The notes: generated from the letters alone by a model not told the origin. Shown: positions 27,136-41,984, counted from the stretch's first letter. The stretch: DNA of 64,000 nt from Octopus vulgaris (GCA_951406725.2 OX597825.1:83018001-83082000), one strand, 5' to 3'. A program made the numbers and translations.

Positions 27136-27544
27136 ACTCTTTACTCTCTTTTTACTCTTTTACTTGTTTCAGTCATTTGACCACGGCCATGCTGGAGCAC
27201 CGTCTTTAGTCAAGCAAATCGACCCCAGGACTTATTCTTTGCAAGCCTAGTACTTAGTCTATCGGTCACTTTTGCCGAACCTCTAAGTACGAGGCCATAA
27301 ACACACCAACATCGGTTGTCAATCGATGTTGGGGGCACAAACACAGACACATATAAATACACACACATATATACATATATACGACGGGCTTCTTTCAGTT
27401 TCCGTCTACCAAATCCACTCACAAGGCTTTGGTCGGACCAAGGCTATAGTAGAAGACACTTACCCAAGGTGCCACGCAGTGGGACTGAACCCGGAACTAT
27501 GTGGTTGGTAAGTAAGCTACTTACCACACAGTCACTCCTGCGCC
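27136..27544 (-). mobile_element. SINE A
   Basis: Full-length reverse complement. Confidence 0.92.
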
Positions 27545-27621
27545 TATTTATATATTCATATATTCATATATACAGATGTGTTTGTGGAATTATCTTTTAG
27601 TTCGAGTTCATGTAACACCAT

Positions 27622-27639
<18 letters not shown>

Positions 27640-27652
<13 letters not shown>

Positions 27653-28045
27653 AGCTGCGGTAAGATGTGCGCTTCCCAACCCCATGGATCTGGGATCGTT
27701 CCAACTGCGTGGCAGTTTAGACCAGAGTCATTTAATATAGCCACGCGCCGGTGAAAGTATTAGGAGTAGATTCTCTTAGTCGGAAACTGTAAGAAGCCCG
27801 TCTTATAAATGTACTTATGTGTGGGTCTCTTTGTGTCAGTGTTTAACCCGAAGCACAGCTTGACAAACGGTGTTGGTGTGTTTATATCCCTGACGTCTAC
27901 CGGTTTGGAAAATAAGACCGATAAAAGTACCAGGTTTCAAAATGTCGAAATGAGTATCAGCATCGGATCATTCGAAGAAAAATACTTCCAGACGGTGCCG
28001 CAGCATGGCCGCAGTCAAATGATTGAGGCGCGTAAAATGAAGGAA
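27640..28045 (+). mobile_element. Old SINE A
   Basis: Diverged head, GGAAACTG.AAGAAGCCCGTC and tail. Confidence 0.78.
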
Positions 28046-28520
28046 AAAATGTGTGTGTGTATGCATATGTATATATACATATAAATACATTCTTTTAAAT
28101 ATATGTGATCGTGTGTGTGTGTGTGTGGGTGTGTGTGTGAGTGTGTGTGTGTGTTCTTTTATCGTAAATTCTTCAACTCATTAGAGGTGGCCATGCTGGG
28201 GCACATGCTAGAAGAGCTTGCGTCCGTTAGATGCATTTAGTCACTTTTTACAAATCGCTTCGTTACAGGGACATAGTGGCAACCAAATCACAGGAACACA
28301 CACACACACACACATATCTATTGTGTGTGCGTATAGGATGAAGAACCTTGTTGTAGATGCTATGCAGCGGAAGTGAACCTGGCACTAAGTAATTTGAGAA
28401 CAAACTACTTACCACACGCCCACACGTATCTATCTGCAGAGACGTGAGCATAGATATGTATATATCTATATATGTATATATATGCGTGTGTATGTGTACG
28501 TGTGTTTTTATATACACGAA

Positions 28521-29115
<595 letters not shown>

Positions 29116-29562
29116 TCAATATGTAGGTATGTATGTATGAATTTGTATACATACATATGTATGTGTGTATCTATGTATGTATATATATATGTATGTGTGT
29201 GTGTGTGTGTATGTTTTTGTATACATACGTTTGCATCTATGGATGTATATATATATGTATTTGTATACATACATATATGTGTGTGTGTGTAAGACTGTGT
29301 GTATGTGTAAGTGATTGTACGCGCGCCTGTGTAATAGCATAGACTGTTTATAAACAATCAGGCAAAGTTTGTTTTGTTTCGCACAGCTAAATAACTGCCC
29401 GTTACTTTCAGCCACAAGCGACTGCGAGTGCGGCGTACGCGACGCATAACGATCCATTTGTTATGAAGTATTCCACTTATACCTGAAATGCTACTAGTGC
29501 CGCTAACATAACAATAATATTCGTACATGCATACCTGATACATAAACAATATATATATATAT

Positions 29563-29965
29563 AGGAGTGGCTGTGTGGTAAGTAGCTTGCTTACCAACCA
29601 CATGGTTCTGGGTTCAGTCACACTGCGTGGCATCTTGGGCAAGTGTCTTCAAACACAGCCTCCGGCCGACCGGTTGTTTCTCGGTGGATTTGGTAGGCGG
29701 AAACTGAAAGAAGCCCGTCGTATGTATATATATATATATGCGTGTGTGTGTGTGTGTGCGGGGGGGTGTTGGGTGTGTGTGTTTGTCCCCCCCGCCATCG
29801 CTTGCCAACCGATGTTGGTGTGTTCACGTCCCCGTAACTTAGCGGTTCGGCAAAGGGGACCGATAGAATAAGTACTAGGCATACAAAGAATAAGTGCTGG
29901 CGACGATTTGTTCGACAAAAGGCAGTGCTCCAGAATGGCCAAATATGATGGAAACAAAAATAAAG
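29563..29965 (+). mobile_element. SINE A
   Basis: Near full length. Confidence 0.9.
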
Positions 29966-30308
29966 AATATATACGCGTGTGTGTCTGTATACGTATATCT
30001 GGGCACATGTAATGCATACACACACATATATATATGTACACACATATATATATATGTGTGTGTGTGTGTGCGTGTGTGTATGCGTGTTTGTGTGTGTGTG
30101 TGTCAGTGCAAATATACTAAACTGGATATGAAATGATTGGATTAAGTTGTTACACAGCACAGCAATCACCAAGAATTTGCGCTACAACATGGATTTGACC
30201 AAACACAACCATACAGGTGAGCAATACACACTTGTACACACACACACATATATATAAATAAAAAATGCATTAAATATATGTATATATAAATATATATATA
30301 TATATATT

Positions 30309-30354
<46 letters not shown>

Positions 30355-30387
30355 CAGATAGATAGAAGGATAGATAGACAGATAGAT

Positions 30388-30801
<414 letters not shown>

Positions 30802-31121
30802 AGTAATAGAGTGAATGACTGAAGTCCGAGAAATTCGTGCGTTGGCACTTAATAAAGTTTTGGTAAGTGGCAAAGAAAGAAACTCTCAGATCTTGAGTCA
30901 CTCTGTTACATTTGCTAAATAGTAATAAAAGAAATATACATCCTCATATTTTGAGGGGTTTTTTTCTTGTCCGCATCAACATACCTGTATACGCATATTT
31001 ATATATAAACACATAGCCCACACCCAACAAACACACACGTGTGATATGCATGTGTATCCATATATATGTAAGTATATATACGTATATCTATACATAATAC
31101 ATACATACTTACATACATATT

Positions 31122-31168
<47 letters not shown>

Positions 31169-31217
31169 AATATTAAATTTTTAAATATCTCATAGAGATA
31201 TGTACGGTGGTGGGGCG

Positions 31218-31342
31218 ATAGAATGGTTGTATACTGTCAATTTAACGTGACAGTAGGGGATTGCACCACCATGGTTCCTAGGGCTAAACAGCGGTGAGGT
31301 AATCCCCTACTGTCACGTTAAATTGACAGTATACAACCATTC

Positions 31343-31345
<3 letters not shown>
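31218..31345. repeat. Perfect 45-bp inverted repeat with 38-bp spacer (MITE-like)
   Basis: 31218-31262 is the exact reverse complement of 31301-31345. Confidence 0.85.
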
Positions 31346-31374
<29 letters not shown>

Positions 31375-31477
31375 TGCATGCATATATGTATATATATATA
31401 TACATCCCAACACACACACACACATATATATATATATGTGTATACACATATATATATATGTGTACATATATATATAC

Positions 31478-31539
<62 letters not shown>

Positions 31540-31604
31540 CCCCATGGAAACAAAGCATCTGCTATACGTACCCAGATACCAAGAATACACAAAAAACACA
31601 CATA

Positions 31605-31652
<48 letters not shown>

Positions 31653-32160
31653 AACTCACAAAATCACATACTAACATGACACGTACATTTAGAATCGCAC
31701 ATATGCATCTATACGCACTCACACACGCACGCACGCACACGCACACACAGAAATAGACAGTCAAACAGACACACAAACACACGCGCACATTGCAAAATCT
31801 TTAACTTACCAACGAAAGCCACAGGATTCTCGCTTAGTCCGTATTGAAATGCCAAGCAGTTGAACACATATACATACATGCAAAATAAACAATATGCCAC
31901 CGAGTATGGTTGTAGGGTCGATCGCGGAGTCTGGTCTGGCCAATAGACATCCGTCACTCTGCATTCATATCTAATTTACATTTTGTAATAAACCACTAGT
32001 TTTTGTTTTGCACGCACTCATATATGTTAATAAGCGTCCACGGAGGCATCTCCCGCCACTCGAGATTGTCATGTGATACGTGTTCAATCGGTGACTGGCT
32101 CAACCAGACTCTCAATATATATGTGTGAGTGTGTGTGTGTGTGGTATATATATATATATA

Positions 32161-32266
<106 letters not shown>

Positions 32267-32382
32267 TAGATAAGCATGCATGTATGTATGTATGTGCATA
32301 TATATATATATATATATTCTATGAATATTAAATTTTAAACTTCTGGGTGAACGCACATTATGAAACACACACAAACAAACAC

Positions 32383-32439
<57 letters not shown>

Positions 32440-32614
32440 CATACATATATGTATATATACATATATACATATATATATATATAATATTTATATATATATT
32501 ATGTATGTATATATAATTGCGCACACACAAATATATACATCGTTATACAAATATACATATCTGTGTATATACACACAGACACTCATACAGATCTATAATA
32601 CATCTATAACATAA

Positions 32615-32651
<37 letters not shown>

Positions 32652-32860
32652 CGTAGATGTGTATGTATTATATGTTGATACATGCACATATATGTGTGTG
32701 TATGTGTGTTCGTGTGTTTGCTTGTGAGTGTGTGTGTATGTGCGTGATTCAACTCGATATCTTAGGCTAGCGTTCCCACCATGCCCCAAACCCTCAGGTC
32801 GACCAATGGCTTGGGATCAGAATCGATATCCGGAAACTGTGCGGAAGCCAATGATCTATA

Positions 32861-32910
<50 letters not shown>

Positions 32911-32980
32911 CACACATACACACATACACATTTACACACATTTATGTACATATCCGTCGATACCTAGATATTGAGAGAGA

Positions 32981-33017
<37 letters not shown>

Positions 33018-33146
33018 TGTGAGAGAGCAGTGCAGTGAGACTGATAGACAGATAGACAGACAAATAGACAGACAGACAGACAGACTGTTGTATAAATATT
33101 CGTATGCTTGAGTAAATTTGCTTGTGTTTGCTGGTGTGTGTCCCTA

Positions 33147-33200
<54 letters not shown>

Positions 33201-33239
33201 GTGTGCCTGTCCCTATATACATCATGCTATATCTTAACA

Positions 33240-33352
33240 ATCCTTTCGGGGTGGACGAAATAAGTACCAGTTAGACACTGGGGTCAATGCGATTGACTAG
33301 CCACCCCCTCTCCCATTATTTCAGGCCTTGTGTTTATAATAGAAAGGATTAT
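33240..33352 (+). mobile_element. SINE B' 3' half
   Basis: Core end, old tail and (ATT)n/(AGT)n tract to ~33560. Confidence 0.8.
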
Positions 33353-33373
33353 TACAATTATTATTATTATTAT

Positions 33374-33405
<32 letters not shown>

Positions 33406-33447
33406 TAGTAGTAGTAGTAACAGTAGTAGTAGTTGATGTAGTAGTAA

Positions 33448-33481
<34 letters not shown>

Positions 33482-33485
33482 TGAT

Positions 33486-33538
<53 letters not shown>

Positions 33539-33819
33539 TGATGTAGTAGTAGTAGTTGATGTAAGGTAATACAAATTAGAAACATACCCTTCATATTTAT
33601 ATATCTCCAAGCAATTTGTACTTATGAATTAAAGTCGTAGAAGTTAATGACATCCGCTTGCCCCCCACCCCACCCACCGTCGTTCCACTACCCCATCCAC
33701 CTTCACCAACCAATTACTAATTAATAAACAGGTACTTATTCTGACACGTGACTTTTCCTCTTCAAAGCAAAGTACCTGTTTATTTATTTATTTATTTATC
33801 ATTCGTTCTAATTTTGTCA

Positions 33820-34365
33820 CCAGTTTTAGCAATTTAAGAATGAGTTCTTTAGTCGACTACAACTACCCCAATATTTTACTGGTACTTTATTTTGTCGACC
33901 CCCGAAATGATGCAAAGACGAATTTGACCGCGACATAATTTGAACTTGGAATGTAACGTGTCAGTAAAAATTCCACTTGGGCATTTTGTCAGATATGCTG
34001 GCAAACTTGCCTGCTCCCCACCCCTTAGATTGTTTTACATTTTAGCAGAAGAACAGCAATTCTTTTGGCGGAGGGGTGCGAGTAGTTATTTTAAGACATT
34101 GTTGAGCTCCACGGGCTTTCAAAACCTGAAGAATTGCTGTCAAGCATTTTGTTCGCCGCACTGACAATTTTAGTTATCCAATGCCATAAATTGTCTCCAG
34201 CAAAGGTAGATCTCTTGAAATTATGGCGGAGAGGTTTTAACAAATTAATATGATACCAGTACTTGATTGGTACTTTCTTTTATGGATTCCAGAAGCATAA
34301 AAGACATAGTTGACCTCAGCGGGGTTCGAACACACAATATAACGATCCAGAAGAAATACCACAAT
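33820..34365 (-). mobile_element. Old SINE B' copies (two to three, degenerate)
   Basis: TGGTACTTT...GACCCCCGAAA.GATG and TTTGAAC motifs recur. Confidence 0.55.
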
Positions 34366-34372
34366 GTTTTAT

Positions 34373-34791
34373 TATTTCTTTACTGCCCACAAGGAGATAA
34401 ACACAGAGGGGACAAACAATGACAGTCAAGCGGATCAAGTCGATTATATCGACCCCAGTGCGTAACTGGTACTTATTTAATCAAACCCGAAGGAATGAAA
34501 GGCAGAGTCGACCTCGGCAGAATTTGAACTCAGAACGTAACGGCAGACGAAATACCTATTTCTTTACTACCCACAAAGGGCTAAGAACACAGAGAGGACA
34601 AACAAGGACAGACAAACGGATTAAGTCGATTATATCGACCCCAGTGCGTAACTGGTACTTATTTAATCGACCCTGAAAGGATGAAAGGCAAAGTCGACCT
34701 TGGCGGAATTTGAACTCAGAACGTAACGGCAGACGAAATACGGCTACGCATTTCGCCCGGCGTGCTAACGATTCTGCCAGCTCGCCGCCTT
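34373..34791 (-). mobile_element. SINE B dimer
   Basis: Junction GACGAAATA|CCTATTTC at ~34555. Confidence 0.92.
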
Positions 34792-35044
34792 AATTTATTC
34801 TTGCTCTTACGATCCTCTACAGATTCTGCCAAATCCGACCTTTGATATTTGTTTTCTAAATTTAGACAGAAATCCAAAGCATTCGAAAGGGATCGCAGCG
34901 ATTACACTGGTTCTAAATTGAACGTAAAGGGCCAGAAATCTACAACAAAGCCTTCCTCCTGACGCTCTTATGAAACTGCATTGTGCTAACCAGTAAAGTA
35001 ACTGTTTCAGATTTAGGCCCAAGGCCAGCGGTTTTGGAGACTAA

Positions 35045-35178
35045 GAGCCGAGTGGACTAGAGCAACGTGAAATAAAATGCTTTGCTCAAGAAAACAGCGC
35101 GTCACCCGGTTCAAGAATCGAACTCACTAATTTACGATCATGCATCCGACACGCTAACCACTAAGCCGCATGCCTCCA
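35045..35178 (-). mobile_element. SINE F 5' part (tRNA head plus CORE-like segment)
   Basis: Minus: GGAGGCATGCGGCTTAGTGGTTAG A-box, GAGTTCGATTC B-box, CTTGAGCAAAGCA. Confidence 0.75.
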
Positions 35179-35309
35179 CTCTACTTTATCTTAATGACGA
35201 TAGAATAGGGAATTGAGAGGGATTTGAACTCAGAACGGGATAAATAAATACTGAAAGATATTTACGAAGACCCCGACCGTTCCGACACCTCACTGCCCTA
35301 GAAATAATT

Positions 35310-35768
35310 TCAGATTTCGGCACAAGGCCAGCAACTTCCGGAAAGGAGTTAAGCCGGTTACATCGACCCCGGTGTTCAACTCGTACTTTATCAATCCCTT
35401 AAGCCGGCAAGCTGGCAGAAACGTTAGCACGCCCGGTGAAATGCTCAGCGGTATTTCGTCTGCCGCTACGTTCTTAGATCAAATTCCGCCGAGGTCAACT
35501 TTGCCTTTCATCCTTTTGGTGTCGATGAAATAAGTACCAGTTACGCACTGGGGTCGAGGTAATCGACTTAATCCGTTTGTCTGTCCTTGTTTGTCCTCTC
35601 TGTGTTTAGCCCCTTCAGGGTAGTAAAGAAATATGTACTTTATCAACCCCAAAAACGATGAAAAGTAAAGTCGACCTCGGCGGAATTTGAACTCAGAACA
35701 TAAAGACGGACGAAATGCCGTCAATCGTTTTTGTCCGGTGCGCCAGCTCACCGCCTTTCGCTGCCTTA
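35310..35768 (-). mobile_element. SINE B' interrupted by a younger SINE B
   Basis: Host pieces 35310-35398 and 35635-35768. Confidence 0.8.
35401..35634 (+). mobile_element. SINE B nested in B'
   Basis: Flanked by GTACTTTATCAAYCCC (35383-35398, 35635-35650). Confidence 0.88.
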
Positions 35769-36289
35769 GCAATGATCATAATGCTGTTGATGATTATGAT
35801 TATGCTGATGATGATGATGAATGATGAGGCGGTGAACAACGATGGCGACGTAGAGGGTAGTGGTGGTGGTGGTGGTGGTGGTGATGGTGGTGGTGTCTAT
35901 GATGATGAGTGAATTGCAGATGGCTCAAAATGTAAGATTACGAGGAAGCGAAATTATTGATCCCGCTTATTTTGAGCAATATTGTAATTTTTATTTTATC
36001 GATCTTGGAAGGGTTCGATGTCAAATTTGACGAATCCCAAAATTTCTACCCCATCAATTTTTAACAATAAATAAGAAGAAGAATGAAAAATTAAAACTCT
36101 ATAAACACGAAGAAACTAACTGATGTCGCTGCAGTACTGAAAATGTTAGCTGAGTAATTTTCTTTTTGTTTTGTTTTTCATTCTTCATAACTGTCATTTC
36201 ACTGATAGAATTGGAAATTCAGCGTCTGGTTGATGGAAAAGACCATCGGTTGATATCCTATCCGCAAGCAAAACAGGCAGAAGGCACCG

Positions 36290-36510
36290 AGAATGCGAGC
36301 ACACGACTGGGGTGTCACGTGCATGGAAGTGCAACGTGGTTATGGCACGCTAAAAGTGAAAGAAACCTTAGCAAATATGACGACGATGCCACGAACAGAA
36401 AGCCGTATAAAAAATGTTATTTATGGTCCGTGACACGAGGCGGATTAAATTCTTTGGCCATGTTGTCAATAAGTATTTGGCTGGCAAATTCGTGAAGAGC
36501 CTTTGGGTAA
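36290..36510 (+). mobile_element. Decayed RTE-like LINE RT C-terminal fragment
   Basis: HGSATW...ERNL (YG-E-W-like) followed in another frame by RRIKFFGHV. Confidence 0.45.
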
Positions 36511-36520
36511 ATAAATACCG

Positions 36521-36561
<41 letters not shown>

Positions 36562-36589
36562 CCATTATGATCATTGTTAAGGCAGCGAA

Positions 36590-36870
36590 AGGCGGTGTAC
36601 TGGTCGCGCATCGGGCAAAAACGGTTGGCAGTATTTCGTCCGTTTTTTATGTCCTGAGTTCAAATTCCGCCGAGGTCGACTTTGCCTTTCAACCTTTTTG
36701 GAGTTGAACACTGGGGTCGATGTAACCGGCTTAGTCCCTTTTCGGAAGTTGCTGGCCTTGTGCCGAAATCCGAAATTATTTTAAGGGCAGTGAGGCGTCG
36801 GAACCGTGTTCTAAGTTCATATTCCACTGAAGTCGACTTCGCCTTTCATTCCTCCGGGGTCAATAAATAA
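36590..36870 (+). mobile_element. SINE B' plus partial second unit
   Basis: Head, B-box and core repeated at ~36810. Confidence 0.78.
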
Positions 36871-36908
36871 AATGCCATTCACCTTTTATAAAACCTTGTG
36901 TGCGTGTA

Positions 36909-37010
<102 letters not shown>

Positions 37011-37195
37011 TATGTGTGTGTGGATTCGATTATGGTGCCAGGTTCTGGCGAACCGAAATATGAGAACTTTGGCTATCGATGGTTCCAGTGGAATACAGCA
37101 GCTGAGGTTCAGGAAATCCTGGAGAAGATCGATACTCCTCTAATATTACAATTCACAATATTTCATATGGGCAGTTATTAGTGATTATCGAAGGA

Positions 37196-37451
37196 GGTAC
37201 TATCAGAGAAGAGTGGTCCCGGTGCGCGCACTCACGTACTCGCGCATCCGCGCTAGATAGTCGTGACTAGTCGATCCTTACTTTGTGCTTTTCTGTTTTA
37301 TTTACTTTGTTAAAAACATTATTTACTTTCTGTTTTTGTGTTTTATTTGTTTGTTACGTAGTCGTGGTAGTATCGACTAGTCAGGACTAGCTAGCGCGGA
37401 TGCGCGAGTACGCGAGTGCGCGCACCGAGACCACTCTTCTTCAATAGTACC
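37196..37451. mobile_element. Mutator (MULE)-type MITE
   Basis: ~80-bp TIRs (37196-37275, 37372-37451), GG...CC ends, exact 9-bp TSD ATCGAAGGA (37187-37195, 37452-37460). Confidence 0.9.
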
Positions 37452-37814
37452 ATCGAAGGAGTACCTCTGAAGCATAATCACACTCACACACACACACACT
37501 CATACACACACGCATAGACACACACACAAATATGTATATATATAAGTATGTATATGCATGTATGTGCATAAATATATATATATGTATATATGTTTGTGTA
37601 TGTGTGTGTGTGTATTTATCAATTTATATATCTTATGGTATACGGCAAAGAAGTCATAATACTGTGGTCTTGCGCCATTCGTCTTGTATAGATTCAGAAT
37701 GCTAACAGGCCCAGAAATACGTGTAGCAAACAAAATGCGTGTGTGCGCGTGGCATGTGTGTGTATGCGTGTATGGATGTGTGTGACTGGAATCAATTAGG
37801 AAAGCAATGGGCTG

Positions 37815-38047
37815 ATGGTGAGCTGGCAGAAACGTTAGCACGCCGGGCGAAATGCTTAGCGTTATTTCGTCTGCCGCTACATTCTGAGTTCAAATTCCGC
37901 CGGGGTCGACTTTCCCTTTCATCCTTTCGGGGTCGATAAATTAATTACCAGTTACGCACTGGTGTCGATGTAATCGACTTAATACCTATGTCTGTCCTTG
38001 TTTGTCCCCTCTATGTTTAGCCCCTTGTGGGTTGTAAAGAAATAGGT
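37815..38047 (+). mobile_element. SINE B monomer
   Basis: Complete head-body-tail. Confidence 0.92.
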
Positions 38048-38488
38048 ATCCAAAGTGCAATACCCTATGTTCCCAGCTGTTTTCTTATCCCCAACAAGAG
38101 GACAGGTATCATGACACAGTTAAACGCCATACTGCAAAAGAGTTATGGATACCCCACAAGCCTTGCGTATGGCTGCGTGGCCAATACTTAGATAGTAAGT
38201 GAGAATTTTCTCTCAATCACTAAGTATCGATAATCGCTAATAACTACCCGTATGAAATATTATGAGTTGTAATATTAGAGTAGTATCGATCTTCTCCAAA
38301 AGTTCCTGCTCTGAACCGTTGTATTCCACTGCAATCTCCGATAGACAAAGCTCTCAGATTTCGCTTCGTTAACATTTCGTATCTCCATCAATATACATAC
38401 ATATATACACATGTACGCAAATATAAGCACACACACACACACACACACACACATTTTTATATACAGATATATATGTGTGTATGTACAT

Positions 38489-38702
38489 CTTATTCTTTTA
38501 TTCTGTTATTTATTTCAGTCATTTGACTGCGGCCACACTGGAGCACCACTTTAATTCTAACAAAGCGACCCTAGGACTTATTCTTTGTAAGCCTAGTAAT
38601 TATTCTGTCGGCATCTTTTGCCGAACCGCTAACTTACGGGGACATATAACACCCACATCGGTTGTCCATCGATGGCGGGGCGATACAGACACGAACACAC
38701 AA

Positions 38703-38734
<32 letters not shown>

Positions 38735-38757
38735 ACACACAGACACACATACACGCG

Positions 38758-38835
<78 letters not shown>

Positions 38836-38998
38836 AGACGGGCTTCTTTCAGTTTTCATCTACCAAATCCACTCGTATGGCTTCGGTCGACCCGAGGCTA
38901 TAGTAGAAGACACTTGCCCAAGGTGCTATGCAGTGGGACTGAACCCGGAGCCATGTGGTTGAGAAGCAAGCTTCTTACCACACATCCCTGCCTGCGCC
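38489..38998 (-). mobile_element. SINE A
   Basis: Full-length reverse complement. Confidence 0.92.
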
Positions 38999-39104
38999 TA
39001 TATACTTATATATACATAGTTAAATTTTATCTTTTATTGGTTTCATTGAGGGTCTGTCACCATGCTGGGACACTGTTATTATGGTGCTTGCTAGTTTTCT
39101 TCAG

Positions 39105-39250
39105 ACTAACTTTCCTGCTGCACCTTGCAGCTCACCTGCGACGGACTGGCGTCCCGTCCAGGTGGGGAACCTATACGCCAAGGAAACCGGGAAACCGGCC
39201 CTTATGAGCCAGGCCTGGCTTGAGAAGGAACAAACAAAACAAAAAAAATA
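39105..39250 (+). mobile_element. SINE 3' half with V-domain-like motif
   Basis: CCTGCGACGGACTGGCGTCCCGTCCAGG and GAAACCGG, followed by a (CAAA)n tail. Confidence 0.6.
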
Positions 39251-39569
39251 TTTGTTCCCTCAGTGAATTTAGTCTGTCGGTATGGCTAGTAATTAAGCTA
39301 GAAGTCGTTGTGGGTTAAAGGTTCAAGGCTGATAGAATAGAGAGCGTGCATTACTCTAGCTACATAGCGCGGTAGTTGTCATGGTCAGGAGTAAAAGAGA
39401 GCGAGCAGTCCTAGCTGTGTGGGCAATGGACAAGCTGCCTGCCCAGAACGAGGAACAGAAAAAGAGGGAGAATGGATGTTCGACTTTTTATACCTCCCTA
39501 GCGGCAGTGCCATCGAAGCGCCACCTATCCACGACAGAATGAGAGAATATAACTCTACCATTCAGCCTG

Positions 39570-39740
39570 TATGGCCCTTACTACAGATTCGTCTTTACTG
39601 TCAGAGTTCACATTTCATCAAGGTCGACTTTGCCTTTCATCCTTTCGTGTGTTGTTAAAATAAGCATCAGTTGATCTCCGAGGTCAACGTATTCGACTTA
39701 ACCCAGAACATGCTAGACTTGTGTCAAAATTTGAGACCGA
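39570..39740 (+). mobile_element. Old SINE B'
   Basis: GGTCGACTTTGCCTTTCATCCTTTCG core. Confidence 0.72.
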
Positions 39741-40277
39741 TATATGAAGTCTATATATCTGTGTGTACAAACATATGTACATAGCGTAAGACTTGCGTAT
39801 ATTTGAGGCTTTATTTGTTTTGTCACAAATATAATTCAAATTATATGAGAAGATGCTCTACAAAGCATTAACCAGCCAAGCCTTAGCAATCACAGAACAA
39901 TCCTTCTCTTCGCGCCGTTAACAATCTTTTCATTTTTTCTCTTTTCATACGTCGGAGCCAGCAATTCTAGATTCATAATATCAAGTGTACTTAAGACACA
40001 TATATGCTGTAGGGAATCCATACAACTTCTTCTCTGGCGCTATCACAAACATGCTGGTCTCTAAAAGTATGCAAATGGTATGTAGAAAATAACATACGAA
40101 ACGACTACTGGAGCGAACGATGAATATGATGTGCATTGTTTGTTCTAAGAAAGGGCTTTGCAGTGTCGTTCATCCGAGAATCACGTTGCGCGTTTTTTTT
40201 CTCTGCGCAAAAAAGTAAAAAATGAATTGCAATGTAAACCTCGTGCGACCACAGAAAAGCAAGCTTCAATTTTGAGT

Positions 40278-40329
40278 ATCTATCCATCCATCCCTCCATC
40301 CATCCCTCCATCCATCCATCCATCCATCC

Positions 40330-40393
<64 letters not shown>

Positions 40394-40402
40394 CTCTTTC
40401 TG

Positions 40403-40433
<31 letters not shown>

Positions 40434-40440
40434 GTATATA

Positions 40441-40485
<45 letters not shown>

Positions 40486-40850
40486 TTATACATTGATAAA
40501 ATTGACTATGTGCCTTTGTGTGTGTATATGTGTGCTTGCGTGTATGTATGTATGCGTGTGTGTATGTACGTGTGTGTATGTATGTGCGAACGTACGTTCG
40601 TACGTATGTCTATATGTATGATTGTATGTATGTACGTATGTACGTATGTATGTATGTATGTATGTATGTATGTATGTATGTATGTATGTATGTATGTATG
40701 TATGTATGTATGTATGTATGTATGTATGTATGTATGTATGTATGTATGTATGTATGTATGTACGTACGTATGTATGTATGTATGTATGTATGTATGTATG
40801 TATGTATGTATGTATGTATGTATGTATGTATGTATGTATGTATGTATGTG
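40278..40850. repeat. (TCCA)n/(TCTA)n/(TA)n/(TATG)n compound microsatellite
   Basis: Direct reading. Confidence 0.95.
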
Positions 40851-41496
40851 CATAAATTTAGGCATTAGAGAGCTTCAGATTCGGATTTGTTTCTCTTTTT
40901 GTTGTGTAAAACAAAAACACGGAAAGTGAAAGAGAAAAGCACAACGTGATGTCGAAGAAAGAGAGAAATTATAGAAACTGTAAGTCGACGAAAAAACCAA
41001 AAAAACACAGATCTCAGACACATGCGCACTAACCCACACTGATATATACATACATAGATATATACACATACACGTAGTCACACACATAGACACACAAACA
41101 CACTCAGACTTACAAACATGTAAGAATTACGTTCTTGGTAATTGTGACGTACATTAAATTTTGAACTTTTTCCCTGTTACTCTGTTGGTTTCGAGATTTA
41201 GGCTTCTGAAATCAATGTGGAGTTGAATTTTTTCCTATAGGTCAATTATCAAAAAACGATCTAATCTCATTGAAATACACGCTCGTATCAGCACGTACAC
41301 ACACACACACACATTCATACATACTTACGTACATACTTATACAGACACATGAGTTACCATATTCAGACAGACACTGATAGTCTCGCATGTTTTCACAAAT
41401 AAAAACGCACTTATTGGACGCCGAAGTATAGAAAGTAGACGGAAAACTCTCATGCCAGTAAACGTAATTATATTTAATTTTTAGTTTAACAATTTG

Positions 41497-41592
41497 TATT
41501 ATTATTATTATCATCATCATCATCATCATCATCACTATCATCATCATCATTATCATCATCCTCATCATCATCATCATTATTATTATTATAAC

Positions 41593-41655
<63 letters not shown>

Positions 41656-41745
41656 CATTATTAATATTATTGTCATTATTATTGTTATTATTATTATTAT
41701 TAATTAATAACAATAATAATAATATCATTATTATTATTATTATAA

Positions 41746-41788
<43 letters not shown>

Positions 41789-41815
41789 ATTATTGTCATT
41801 ATTATTATTATTATT

Positions 41816-41874
<59 letters not shown>

Positions 41875-41876
41875 TA

Positions 41877-41958
<82 letters not shown>

Positions 41959-41975
41959 GATTATTATGATTATTG
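41497..41975. repeat. (ATT)n/(AAT)n/(CAT)n tract with repeated strand switches
   Basis: Direct reading. Confidence 0.95.
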
Positions 41976-41984
41976 TTATCTTCA

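Larger units (their letters stand above)
37025..38392. mobile_element. Old element bounded by ~165-bp diverged inverted repeats
   Basis: 37025-37191 is a diverged reverse complement of 38227-38392 (GGAGAAGATCGATACT.CTCTAATATTACAA core). Confidence 0.65.

Noticed and set aside
29338-29460. CATAGACTGTTTATA start resembling a MITE terminus
   Set aside because: No matching second terminus found
32030-32115. Possible RTE-type tail (HDNLEWRE) on minus
   Set aside because: Too short to support a call
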